Shown one piece after another: positions 41,801 to 51,499 of a stretch of 64,000 nt of DNA. The DNA is from Pecten maximus (lineage: Eukaryota), in contig NC_047027.1 in assembly GCF_902652985.1 (NCBI RefSeq), forward strand, positions 37,138,001-37,202,000. Reading direction: 5' to 3'. Numbering within the stretch: position 1 is the first letter of the stretch; every line of letters starts with the position of its first letter. Position numbers and translations under genes: made by a program. Under the pieces are notes generated by a model. The model saw only the letters and a list, made by a program, of their open reading frames with translations. It was not told where the DNA came from and did no database searches.

Positions 41801-44800
41801 TCAGTCATATACAAACTAGCCAATAACATTTTTAAAAAATAATTTAAAAATTATATTTTTTATTATGACATGTAAGAGATTTATATTATACAAAATACAT
41901 TTTAGTAACCATTTGACACCTAAATAACCTACCTTCATCTTCGTGGTACTTTAGCCATAAATATTTCTTCATTCAGTCGGTAAAAATGACGATCTGTGTT
42001 TTGACTTGAACAAGTCCGGTGAACAGACCGGGCTATGCCTTCTGTCGTTTCGGCGAATTCTCGAAAAATGATTCAATAGACTGCTGCTTTAGTTGTCGCT
42101 TCATGATTACATCATGAAATTATAATCATCGGTCTTTTTGTTCTACAGTTCATGTTACTTTCGTTTTGCAAACTCCTCATTTCTTCACAAACATCCATGT
42201 CACGTGTGTTATAAAGTAATCGGGGTCATATATGCGTTTGACTTTAATTGTCGAAGCCATTTAAGCCTTTATTCGACACAGATCGACCGCTGTCAAAACA
42301 CAAACACGCGGTTCGTGGCCTGATCAATTAAGCCATCAATTAATATTGGTATGATTGATATCGGTTAATTCGTCGGGGTATTGGACGTCCAGGTCATTGA
42401 ATGAAGTGTCAAAAGTCGCCCTAGCGTGTGAACAGGTAATTAACCGGCCTCAAGCTCTTACCTGTGCAGTCAGTAAAACACTACACAGTCGGCGGTATCT
42501 GGGGCTCACCACGGGTTAACAGAGTTTTGAATACGAAGATCGGCGGGGCAGATTTTTTTTACTATGGCGCTACATGATTTTACTATGGCGGGTAGACATT
42601 TTACTATGGCGCTGCTCCATAGTAAAACAGCCCGTGGTGATCACTGAACTAACATGTATTTGAATCAGATTTGAACTAACATGTATGAGAATCAGCTTTG
42701 AACTAACATGTATGAGAATCAGCTTTGAACTAAAATGTATGAGAATCAGTTTTGAACTAACATGTACGAGAATCAGCTTTGAACTAACATGTATGAGAAT
42801 CAGCTTTGAACTAACATGTATGAGAATCAGATTTGAACTAACATGTATGAGAATCAGCTTTGAACTAACATGTATGAGAATCAGCTTTGAACTAACATGT
42901 ATGAGAATCAGCTTTGAACTAACATGTATGAGAATCAGATTTGAACTAACATGTATGAGAATCAGATTTGAACTAACATGTATGAGAATCAGCTTTGAAC
43001 TAACATGTATGAGAATCAGATTTGAACTAACATGTATGAGAATCAGATTTGAACTAACATGTATGAGAATCAGCTTTGAACTAACATGTATGAGAATCAG
43101 ATTTGAACTAACATGTATGAGAATCAGATTTGAACTAACATGTATGAGAATCAGCTTTGAACTAACATGTATGAGAATCAGCTTTGAACTAACATGTATG
43201 AGAATCAGATTTGAACTAACATGTTTTTTTTTTGTTTTGTTTTTTTTACAAAATCTGCCATTTCTGAAATGGTACTCATATTAATTGACTTGTTTTCTAA
43301 ATTTCTGAAATTTTAAACTGGACGTCATAGACTCATTAGTGTTTTCCGTGCCTATATCACAAAGAGTGCAAAACGAACGTGTTCCCAATGTATTTTAGAC
43401 TTATTTTCCTCATCAAGGGATTAAAAATTACCAATTGTGTCCATAAATCTAGAAGTGACATGTACACTACATCATTAAACTGGTATTAAGCATGATATTC
43501 ATGAAACAATTATCAGCTTGCAAATTTTAAACATAATTAACATTTTCCTAATTCAGTCGTTTGGATTTCCCCAAAATACCTAGGAAAACCATGGCATAAC
43601 ACTGCCTTATCAATGACAACTTATTACCTGTATTTTATGGAGTTCCACAAAGTCATAGTGGAAGTGAGCACATTCTTGCAGCTTGGGAAAACGTGTCGAG
43701 CCATCTAGCATGCTGTAACAGAATCATTTATAGAGTATAGATATAGGAATAACAGTCCACAAAGACAATTTCTAACACAATATATAAGATATACATTTAA
43801 AAAAAAAAAATTTATGAAATATATTTCAGTGATTACAATGTTAACCATCATGGTTATTAGCATGCAAATAATAATGGCTACAGAAAATTAATATTTGTTG
43901 ATCGTCAGGTGTAAAGTTATGAAAAACTAAACTGTTATCAATTTGTAACAAGGTCTAAAGTCTGAAGTTCCATGCCGACATTCTGTAAAATCTCACTAAA
44001 GACTTCACAACGAACATCTATTTACAAGCTACCTGTTATTGAAGACTTCACAACAAAGATTTATTGACAAGCTACCTGTTATTGAAGACTTCACAACAAA
44101 GATTTATTGACAAGCTACCTGTTATTGAAGACTTCACAACAAAGATTTATTGACAAGCTACCTGTTATTGAAGACTTCACAATGAACATTTATTTACCAG
44201 CTACCACACTACAACAACTGAACACATACAGGTAAAGCTGAGGTGCTCAGTTAAGTGGTTGTGAGGTAAGCTGAGGTGCTAAGTTAAGTGGTTGTTAAGT
44301 GGTTGTGAGGCGTACCTCGACACACGTCGGATGCGGATAGTTGAGGTGGAGGCTGTACTGCTTCGCTGAGAACCGAGGCTGCTGTTATCAGAATCGTACA
44401 TCTGTAACACTCCACCATGCTGCTGTAACAGATATCAGTGATTGGTTACAATTTACATCAGACAATGCCAAACATATTTTTCTGTCATATTCACGCCAGA
44501 TTTTCGTAATAGTCATGTAATGATATTTCAGGATTTAACCAATTTCAAACAATAAATAAAACAATTCCCAAAACAATCTTGTTATTTTGTATCTTAAATA
44601 AAAGATATAAGAAAGACATTTCATTTCTAAATCATGGCTTTTCTGTAGAGAAATATCCCCATTGTAGTTACCTTGGTATAATACTGGGTACCTGTCCCCT
44701 CTGACCGTATGGTGGCTGTACTAGACTTTCTGTAGAGAAATATCCCCATTATAGTTACCTTGGTATAATACTGGGTACCTGTCCCCTCTGACCGTATGGT

Positions 44801-45897
44801 GGCTGTACTAGACTTTCTGTAGAGAAATATCCCCATTATAGTTACCTTGGTATAATACTGGGTACATGTCCCCTCTGACCGTATGGTGGCTGTACTAGAC
44901 TTTCTGTAGAGAAATATCCCCATTATAGTTACCTTGGTATAATACTGGGTACCCGTCCACTCTGACCGTATGGTGGCTGTACTAGACTTTCTGTAGAGAA
45001 ATATCCCCATTATAGTTACCTTGGTATAATACTGGGTACATGTCCCCTCTGACCGTATGGTGGCTGTACTAGACTTTCTGTAGAGAAATATCCCCATTAT
45101 AGTTACCTTGGTATAATACTGGGTACCCGTCCCCACTGACCGTATGGTGGCTGTACTAGACTTTCTGTAGAGAAATATCCCCATTATAGTTACCTTGGTA
45201 TAATACTGGGTACCCGTCCCCTCTGACCGTATGGTGGCTGTACTAGACTTTCTGTAGAGAAATATCCCCATTATAGTTACCTTGGTATAATACTGGGTAC
45301 CCGTCCCCACTGACCGTATGGTGGCTGTACTAGACTTTCTGTAGAGAAATATCCCCATTATAGTTACCTTGGTATAATACTGGGTACCTGTCCCCTCTGA
45401 CCGTATGGTGGCTGTACTAGACTTTCTGTAGAGAAATATCCCCATTATAGTTACCTTGGTATAATACTGGGTACATGTCCCCTCTGACCGTATGGTGGCT
45501 GTACTAGACTTTCTGTAGAGAAATATCCCCATTATAGTTACCTTGGTATAATACTGGGTACCCGTCCACTCTGACCGTATGGTGGCTGTACTAGACTTTC
45601 TGTAGAGAAATATCCCCATTATAGTTACCTTGGTATAATACTGGGTACCTGTCCCACTCTGACCGTATGGTGGCTGTACTAGACTTTCTGTAGAGAAATA
45701 TCCCCATTATAGTTACCTTGGTATAATACTGGGTACCCGTCCCGTCTGACCGTATGGTGGCTGTACTAGACTTTCTGTAGAGAAATATCCCCATTATAGT
45801 TACCTTGGTATAATACTGGGTACCTGTGCCCTCTGACCGTATGGTGGCTGTACTAGACTTTCTGTAGGGTTCATCTTCTTCGTCTACCCTTACATTT
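15443..45897 (-). CDS. ARHGAP32: Rho GTPase-activating protein 32/33-like (PX-RICS/CdGAPr family), spliced CDS of 18 exons, ~2,580 aa plus an alternative N-terminus
   Basis: Manual exon chain with GT-AG borders and matching phases throughout. Family motifs: FPKLQECAHFHY, NCGSVLNWFELDNRGN, SH3 (AHAIKRYTAQAPDEISLEVGDIVSVID..WWRGKRGFEVGFFPSECVE), VFGCDLGEHL, DGIYRLSG, KMYFRELPNPLLTYQLY, NLAIVWAPNLLRS, KLITLEEAR. Confidence 0.92.
20995..21499. mobile_element. MITE with 4x tandem amplification (~60 bp) of its left end
   Basis: gctgttccaggaaa ... tttcctggaacagccctaa; related inverted copy at 36840-37124. Confidence 0.65.
21800..22269. mobile_element. MITE
   Basis: TIR gtggttcgtacaga ... tctgtacgaaccac; subterminal ttcaagca(c)tttt repeats. 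Confidence 0.65.
22292..22453 (-). CDS. ARHGAP32: ARHGAP32-like exon (DDESKHPSIRHKRSLSS...SGTSS)
   Basis: tttacag| ... G|gtaggt, 162 nt, phase 1-1, open frame. Confidence 0.8.
23101..24355. mobile_element. Helentron-type non-autonomous element (HINE/CvA-like) carrying ~7 x 145-bp internal repeats
   Basis: Start ttaacaag-gggcccaatgggccc-gctcacctg; 145-bp tandem units; (ggac)n microsatellite; terminal hairpin agctcacttgccc-ttc-gggcaggtgagct followed by aaaaa. Confidence 0.8.
24581..27463 (-). repeat. 43-46-bp tandem array (~65 copies) spanning the exon/intron junction at 27451
   Basis: Unit gtacaaaaagtatagaaagtctg(tg)gtagggttAGGATCTACTCAG. Confidence 0.95.
27451..27630 (-). CDS. ARHGAP32: ARHGAP32-like exon (EPLGLSEDRK...RLRGAKSAESL...LYRIYS)
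   Basis: cattccag| ... CAG|gtacaa, 180 nt, phase 1-1; LRxAKSxESL family motif. Confidence 0.85.
28122..28261 (-). CDS. ARHGAP32: ARHGAP32-like exon (KKTLVSGS...KKSPSGWRSIFS...NSIG)
   Basis: tatacag| ... G|gtaagt, 140 nt, phase 2-1; KKSP.GWRS.F family motif. Confidence 0.88.
28350..28574 (-). mobile_element. tRNA-derived SINE (intronic)
   Basis: Full-length copy of the same family. Confidence 0.9.
29716..29908 (-). CDS. ARHGAP32: ARHGAP32-like exon (AQRKPRPKSLAISTPTKLITLEEARER...YHTVIDLPGY)
   Basis: gttgtag| ... AG|gtactt, 193 nt, phase 1-2; RPKSL / LEEA / YIDVGGGP / YHTVIDLP motifs. Confidence 0.9.
30425..30675 (-). CDS. ARHGAP32: ARHGAP32-like exon, RhoGAP C-terminal part (TLEYLMRHL...NLAIVWAPNLLRS...)
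   Basis: ttttccag| ... A|gtgagt, 251 nt, phase 2-1. Confidence 0.93.
30912..31075 (-). repeat. 56-bp tandem repeat (3 copies) spanning the exon/intron junction at 31053
   Basis: GTTACCTCCCCCTCATTACAG|gta ends at 31053, 30997 and 30941. Confidence 0.9.
31053..31129 (-). CDS. ARHGAP32: ARHGAP32-like exon, RhoGAP (DAVRDEDNKLWKIHDVVQQLPPPHYR)
   Basis: ttgacag| ... CAG|gtatga, 77 nt, phase 0-2; HDV.QQLPPPHYR motif. Confidence 0.92.
31376..31520 (-). CDS. ARHGAP32: ARHGAP32-like exon, RhoGAP (LAFDEDRVPDL...KMYFRELPNPLLTYQLYNKFA)
   Basis: ggttag| ... GCT|gtatgt, 145 nt, phase 2-0. Confidence 0.93.
31890..31992 (-). CDS. ARHGAP32: ARHGAP32-like exon, RhoGAP with catalytic arginine finger (VPLVLKCCSEVIEEHGIVDGIYRLSGITSNIQKLR)
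   Basis: gttacag| ... CG|gtgagt, 103 nt, phase 1-2; GIYRLSG intact. Confidence 0.93.
32032..32812 (+). mobile_element. pogo/Tigger-type (Tc1/mariner) non-autonomous DNA transposon
   Basis: TA|CAGTAAAACATGTTTA ... TATAACCGTGTTTTACTG|TA; internal degenerate DFVSIDADVVKDIKNVLDSEDEE ... RQKIITD, like Tigger C-termini. Confidence 0.75.
33180..33610. repeat. 18-bp minisatellite
   Basis: (acaaataagcccctgtcc)n. Confidence 0.95.
33690..33851 (-). CDS. ARHGAP32: ARHGAP32-like exon (VRKHGKFLSFLR...KERVFGCDLGEHLLNTGQENTTD)
   Basis: atggtag| ... G|gtgagt, 162 nt, phase 1-1. Confidence 0.9.
34468..35510. repeat. ~33-36-bp minisatellite
   Basis: (aaacagttatacac(ac)atgtgttatgtaggtgggt)n. Confidence 0.95.
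35655..36332. repeat. C-rich ~21-25-bp minisatellite
   Basis: (tgtcagcctcctccccctccc)n with variants. Confidence 0.95.
36385..36484 (-). CDS. ARHGAP32: ARHGAP32-like exon, SH3 end (VGFFPSECVEVIGDKVP...KKP)
   Basis: atacag| ... T|gtaagt, 100 nt, phase 0-1. Confidence 0.92.
36840..37124. mobile_element. MITE related to 21190-21499, opposite orientation
   Basis: ttagggctgttcctggaaaa ... ttttcctggaactgccctta; shared internal segments. Confidence 0.65.
37267..37344 (-). CDS. ARHGAP32: ARHGAP32-like exon, SH3 (VGDIVSVIDMPQQEETIWWRGKRGFE)
   Basis: cttacag| ... GAG|gtaaca, 78 nt, phase 0-0. Confidence 0.93.
37747..37869 (-). CDS. ARHGAP32: ARHGAP32-like exon (LDNRGNRLLATDDSGINTPAIAAAHAIKRYTAQAPDEISLE)
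   Basis: ctttccag| ... GAA|gtaatg, 123 nt, phase 0-0. Confidence 0.93.
37995..38530. repeat. 22-bp minisatellite arranged as two inverted arms
   Basis: (gttaacacagtaatgaactgga)n to ~38295, then its reverse complement from ~38312. Confidence 0.9.
38655..39910 (-). repeat. 38-42-bp tandem array (~30 copies) spanning the exon/intron junction at 39877
   Basis: Unit gtgagtttgattgactgtggctcggtactcaactggtttgag. Confidence 0.95.
39877..39969 (-). CDS. ARHGAP32: ARHGAP32-like exon, PX-like end (EMEEMLSQYLQRFSRIAGSMINCGSVLNWFE)
   Basis: gttgcag| ... GAG|gtgagt, 93 nt, phase 0-0. Confidence 0.9.
40450..40677 (-). CDS. ARHGAP32: ARHGAP32-like exon, PX-like (VSLCDED...KSWTIRRTFKNFKMLDRQLHRCIYDRKFSRL...TYK)
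   Basis: ccaccag| ... AAG|gtccgt, 228 nt, phase 0-0. Confidence 0.9.
40787..43223. repeat. 27-bp satellite split by the hAT-like element
   Basis: gagaatcag(c/a)tttgaactaacatgtat at 40787-40882 and 42647-43223. Confidence 0.95.
40883..42646 (-). mobile_element. internally deleted hAT-like DNA transposon inserted in a 27-bp satellite
   Basis: Imperfect TIRs CAG(G/T)GATCACCA(T/C)GG..TTTTACTATGGAG; aacta duplicated at 40878-40882 and 42647-42651; remnants MKRQLKQQSIESFF, KKYLWLKYHEDE|GMFCK (TTF-type zinc finger-like). Confidence 0.75.
43628..43712 (-). CDS. ARHGAP32: ARHGAP32-like exon (MLDGSTRFPKLQECAHFHYDFVELHKIQ)
   Basis: gttacag| ... CAG|gtaata, 85 nt, phase 2-0; FPKL.ECAHFHY family motif. 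Confidence 0.92.
43998..44205. repeat. 43-bp tandem repeat (~4.5 copies)
   Basis: gaagacttcacaacaaagatttattgacaagctacctgttatt. Confidence 0.9.
44316..44422 (-). CDS. ARHGAP32: ARHGAP32-like exon (QHGGVLQMYDSDNSSLGSQRSSTASTSTIRIRRVS)
   Basis: gttacag|CAG (NAGNAG acceptor) ... AG|gtacgc, 107 nt, phase 0-2, fits both neighbours. Confidence 0.8.
44630..45866 (-). repeat. 87-bp tandem array (14 copies) spanning the exon/intron junction at 45804
   Basis: Unit gtaactataatggggatatttctctacag + AAAGTCTAGTACAGCCACCATACGGTCAGAGGGGACAGGTACCCAGTATTATACCAAG; donors at 45804, 45717, 45629, 45542 ... 44672. Confidence 0.95.
45804..45897 (-). CDS. ARHGAP32: ARHGAP32-like first common exon (NVRVDEEDEPYRKSSTATIRSEGTGTQYYTK)
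   Basis: ttaacag| ... AAG|gtaact, 94 nt, phase 2-0, in frame with the next exon. Confidence 0.75.
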
Positions 45898-46909
45898 CTG
45901 TTAATTAACAATAACAACAATAATGAATGAATCATAAAAAGCATCTGAAGGGTTTAAGATCCAGTTTTTTTTCTTTTTAATTGTCTTTCTTTTCATTTTG
46001 TGGACCAACAATGTTTGTACCCACAGCAACATACCTCTATACATCTCATTTGTTTCCAATTGTGTTATGCATAGCTAGATCTAATGAATCCTGCTGATAA
46101 AACTCAAGTCATAACAGAACTTGGTAAGGGAAGTAACTCTCGACTCTGGACAATCTATAGTCAACTATATACTACCCCTTTTAAATGGTCCATATAGCAT
46201 ACTTATATTAACTGTCAATCAAAATTTTACACAGTTGATAATGCAATAGTCTGCTGCTCAAATCCAAAGTTTTATATATGCACATGCAAATATGTCATGG
46301 TGAATTAGCAAAAACATTGCAAGAAAGAATTAGACTCACTTAACAGATGGTGCGTTCACAGATTAATGAATTATAAAGAAAAGTTTTCCAAGAGCAGATC
46401 AAATTCAATGAACTGTTTGAAAACAACCACTAGCTACAAAAGTACCATTTCCCAACATAGATTAGAATTTTTAACAATTAATCAAAACCATCACGAAAAC
46501 TTTTGCTCAATTCTTTGATGCACATGAATTGTTCATACATAATGTGTACTGTATTTTTTTATTTTCATGAAGAACTTTGTGACATGATTATGAGAATTCA
46601 ATTTCTCAATTCTTTGATTCACATGAATTGTTCATACATAAAATGTGTATTGTATTTTTTTATTTTTATGAAGAACCTCTTGACATGATTATGATAATTC
46701 AATTTCAGTGAATTTTTGGTTTGGTGTTTACATGGATGAAATAAATAATTATTTCCTGTAATTAATGTACTAATGAGAGAAACGATTGTCACGAGATCAT
46801 GTCTACAACTCAGACTGTAAAAACCTCTAAATGTCTCTCATTCTTGTTTCAGGAGTTAAGAATCTTATTCCATTTTCTCCTCAAATCTATTTTATGTCTT
46901 AAATTCATT

Positions 46910-47000
46910 TTAACCCTTTCACCCCTACTGACCATAATGGACTTCAACTTATGAAAGAATGGCAGATTCCACTAAAGTTTCTTAGGGTTGAAAGGGTTAA
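46910..47000. mobile_element. piggyBac-like mini-MITE (83 bp between TTAA sites)
   Basis: TTAA|CCCTTTCACCCCTA ... TAGGGTTGAAAGGG|TTAA. Confidence 0.6.
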
Positions 47001-49142
47001 TCATAAAGGCTTACACTGATAAATGGTAAAATAGAATTGAATACATGTTATGTATTGAGATGAAGCCTAATATATGTCTAATACTACTTAGGTTGTCAGT
47101 GACATCAATCTTCTGAATTAGCATAACATGGTGTAAATCATTGAAATTCCAATGACTCGGAAATTTATTGAACATATGCAACAACCAGCGTACAATCATA
47201 TTGTTGTATCTGAAATTATATCAACTCGACTGATACCGCTGACGACCACATTGTTGCATACAAAACTCTAGCACCTTGATCGAAGGAAGCCTGCGTACAT
47301 CGAGGGTTTTTTCTGGCCTGTCACAAGCTGGCAGCCATTATATATATATATATATATACCCAGAGGAATTATCATCTGTTCTGGCAAATGTTTGACAGAG
47401 GTTACCCTAAAGGGATAGCATGATGACTGACCTTTACATATGATACCAGCCAGCTATTATAATTTAATAAAACAATTTCCCACCAACAGTTGTCACGGTT
47501 CATGTATAACTTGAATGAGCAATCCATCGCCCTCGTGTTTCTGCGTCGTGTACATGCCAGCGATTTTTGAGGGCCATTTGGGGCATAAATTCATCCCACA
47601 GCTCTATTTTACAATATCAGTCATAAATACATATTGCAATTGTATATAACAAAATTTTATCAAATAAGGAAAAGTACACACAAACAGCATAATGAGCATA
47701 TATATATTGAAAAATATTAGTCTTGGATTTATTTTAAAGAAAGAAAATAATTGATATATCTTACATTAAATAAATGCATTTCTTACAGTGTATTAACTTT
47801 GATATTTATAGTTTGTACGATTAACGTTATGATTTAATTAGTGTTTAATCAAATCAATTCTGGTTATCAAGAATCTTAGAAATGTTGATGTTTATACCAT
47901 CAACAGTAAATTGTCTCATGCTCACGGTGCTGTGCATTCCTTCAATTCTCATTTAAAGATATTTTATATAACTAAAGCTAACTATAGCTAATGGGTTGTA
48001 GGTAAGGGAGGTAACTCCAATCTAATACCAACACGCGTTGCTTATAAAGGGGAAGGAAATTACTGATACCTAAATAATAATTATACCGAATAGGAATCTT
48101 GTCAAGCAGTCATGTATATTTATAAATTATAGACTAGATCAATTTTCTTTCTGGAAGCTGGAGATAACTAAAGAAAGATCAAAGGGAGATAACTCTAAAT
48201 TTGTATATAAAAGGGAAATTATCTAAGCATTATAAAGCAAACTGGGAAAAGGAGTTTTAACAAAGGGAAGTAACTCAAACAAAATATACCAGAAGAGACA
48301 TGTACACAAAAAAAAAACAATTGTTAAAGTTATTTATAGAAGATGTAAATAGTTTCTGAAACTGACATTTTAATATTTCCAATATGTAAACCTAAAATCA
48401 CAGCATGAGATTATGATATCTTCGCTGATTTTAAATTACACAAGGATTATGAGATACAGGGTCATGCAAATTAATGTATTTCTCTAATGTCAGCAGTCCT
48501 GTTATGATTATACACAAACACATTGAGTTAACACTGACGTACCAAGAAGTACTCCTCTATAATATCCAAGGTCAGTTATAACGACTTTATAGTAAACCAT
48601 GCATTTGAATACACACACGACGTAGTTAGATGTTTTTTAAACTTGAGTATCGACGGGTATGTGCGGGTATAAAAACTGTATGTATGATGAGTACTGGTGA
48701 TACTGGTATCTATAAATAGAGTATGATATACAGGTATAGACTTTTAAGGATTCATGCAGCAGGAGGATTGTCTGAAAGCCAAAATGCAGAAAATTTGTCA
48801 GGAGAGAAACTAAAGAGAGGATCGTAACTGATTAAGAATCAAAGCATCAGGTAAAACAAAAGGAAAACAAGTCGGTGTGGCCTGGTACAGGTACAGACAA
48901 AGATGTCAAGGAATGCAAATCAAATGCTTGAACTTTTGCTTGTACAGAAGATGGTATATCAGAATGTTGGTAATGATCTGCAGTCTAAACATTACCAAGC
49001 AGGCAGGTATATCTACAAACAGGTCTATGGTAATGCTTTTTCAGGGGCTATGGACAAGGATTAGGGTCATGCAGTTATATGACTGGACACAACTTCATTA
49101 TAGGTAACATGCCAAATGTCCACTATGCATCGGCATGGTTAC

Positions 49143-49243
49143 CTCAGGTCAATCAAGGTCATCCTCCTTGGCCGGATACATGGCCTCTTTCTGGGAATCT
49201 GCGGCGTGCCATAGATATTCTGTACCTCAAAGGATTCCATCAT
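49143..49243 (-). CDS. candidate alternative first coding exon (MMESFEVQNIYGTPQIPRKRPCIRPRRMTLIDL)
   Basis: ATG at 49243, open frame to AG|gtaacc in phase 2, matching the 45897 acceptor; GC-richer island. Confidence 0.55.
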
Positions 49244-49898
49244 GGATCAATGATCGAGTGTCCCGGGTCAGAGTTCGTGTGTCCCGGGTCAGAGGTTAGT
49301 ACACACATGTCTGCAGACAAAGCACAGGGTCAAACAAGAGTGATCTCCCTTTTATATATAGGACAGAAAAAATGCAGAATTTCTATATTTCTAGCAATGT
49401 TATACTGTAATGTTCAAGTGAGGAAACGGACTCATACATAGTCTGTACAGATATATAAAGACTCTTAAAGCAATAGCAGAGGAGAAAAATCTGAAAAAAA
49501 AAGAAAATACTGCTCGAGTTGAATTTCAAATTCACAATTAAGTACTGGAATTTGAAAGTGAGACCTACAAAGACTGAACCATTTATAATCTCAATGCTGT
49601 AATTAATCACAATGTTGTTCAACTCATTTGAGACAAAAATATCAAATAACACTGCATTCAACAATTAATAAATTGCTTTGTCCATTCCTGTCATACTATT
49701 AATTCACATCCACATGTTCACTAATGTTCATCTTATACTGATAACTATGATAATTATCAACTCTTGTGTTACAAGGAATTAACCAGACTTCAGAATTATA
49801 TTTTGCACACTGCATTGATTTTTGTTTTTAACAATTTCTCAATAATCATTCTGGTCTTGTTAAAGTAACCTGGTCCATTTTTACACATAAATCTTGGT

Positions 49899-50109
49899 TA
49901 CTGTAAACGTACTTATTTTAGCGCAATCAAATTTTAGCGCATTTGCAGATTTCAGCCAGTTAGCGCAATGATGAATTAGCGCATCCACAGAACTTTCTAT
50001 AGAAATGGAACGTACAAAAAGTAATTAGCCCTATCATAATTTAGCGCAAGGCTTCCAGCGCGAAAAGCGCTAAAATAAAATTACCGCTAAAATATGTACG
50101 TTTACAGTA
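49899..50109. mobile_element. MITE with TA ends
   Basis: tactgtaaacgtacttattttagcg ... cgctaaaatatgtacgtttacagta. Confidence 0.8.
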
Positions 50110-51499
50110 TCCCAACATTAATCTATTTCACCACAAGTAAGAACAGATAAAAGCAATATGTATATTCATTTTCATTATAACTGCATCACAAATTCGAAGA
50201 CACTTGTTTATTTTCTATGATGTTGACCTTTGACCTCAGAAATCCCAAGGATTTACTTCATGAAGATCGGGACGGTACCAAAAGGAACAAAAAAGGGATG
50301 TCTACTTCATCATGGCCATCATTACCCAGTAAACGCCAGGGCAAGAGGTCCAGCTCAGGTACACATGGCCATGTTTATTAAACATTGGGTTACCTCCCCT
50401 GATCTGACATTTTGTATATAATAAAGCTGGGTAGAACCAAGGCATGTTTATAAACCACTAACATAGCTCAACTTGGTTACTGTTTCAGAATTCCTTTGAT
50501 ACAACCAGTAGAGGTAGGCTGTATATACAAAAGTCTTATGGGTCAGACTTGACACAAAATTATCATGAACTGCATTCAATTCAGTCTGACTTGAATGCAA
50601 CATCATTTTAAAACCTGATTATTTACATACCTGTAACAGCTAGTGCCTTTTCATAATTTTCATAAATTGTTAATTAACATATTTACTCACCGACCGCTGA
50701 TTTCAATGGCGGTGAAGATTATCAGAGACGACTACTGAAATGTTTTACCGGAGTGATTAAATGTCATGGCTTCTAAATACACCTTTTATCTATCAATTTG
50801 GTCTGATTATTAATTAACCCCATGATCGGGAGTGACAACACACACTATCGTTATCCCTATTGTCAGTCAGGGCATCTAGGGGAGAATCTTGCTGCGGGGG
50901 TCACGACCAACACCTGTCCAGTGGTCAGTACAGGTAAACTTTTGTTCGAATCATGAGATGTCAATTACCTATGACATCATAGCTAACGGGCCATGAAAAA
51001 AGTTTGATACATCGAAAACTTCGATTTATAAAAATTTGAATCATGCATAGGTTCGTTAGTAGCGTTACATAGTAAGGAAATTCGGGACCAAGCAAAAAGT
51101 TCAATACAGCGAGAAATTTCAATCAACGAAGTTCGAATCATCGAGGTTTGACTGTATCTCTGAAATAAAATTTTCCCTTATAACCTATAGCTATCTCTTT
51201 ATTGTATAGAGTATACCGCTTCTATATAATATCATTTATCTTGAAGAATCCCAATCTAATTACCTAACAATAAACATTTTACCTTTTTTCGTTCCTACAA
51301 TTGTGCAAAATTGTACATGCATTATGTTGAAATTGTAATTAGGACCGCTATATATAATACATATCCAACATAACAGGAAATTCAAATCTTTACCTTCGGA
51401 TCACCAACACATAGTGTATATGATACATCTGTACACTGTGCTAATTATTTGTTATATAGCATAATAGTAACACAAATGTGAAAGGCAGATAATTTGATG

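Noticed and set aside
42685-43284. 199-aa ORF (MRISFELTC)n and similar ORFs at 33105-33611 and 35639-36364
   Set aside because: Translations of minisatellites
44627-45619. 330-aa repetitive ORF as a standalone gene
   Set aside because: Results from the 87-bp (29-codon) unit lacking stops; it is intronic and frameshifted relative to the parent exon
45824-45824. CAG|gtaccc as the donor of the first common exon
   Set aside because: Gives phase 1, incompatible with the phase-0 acceptor at 44422; AAG|gtaact at 45804 fits
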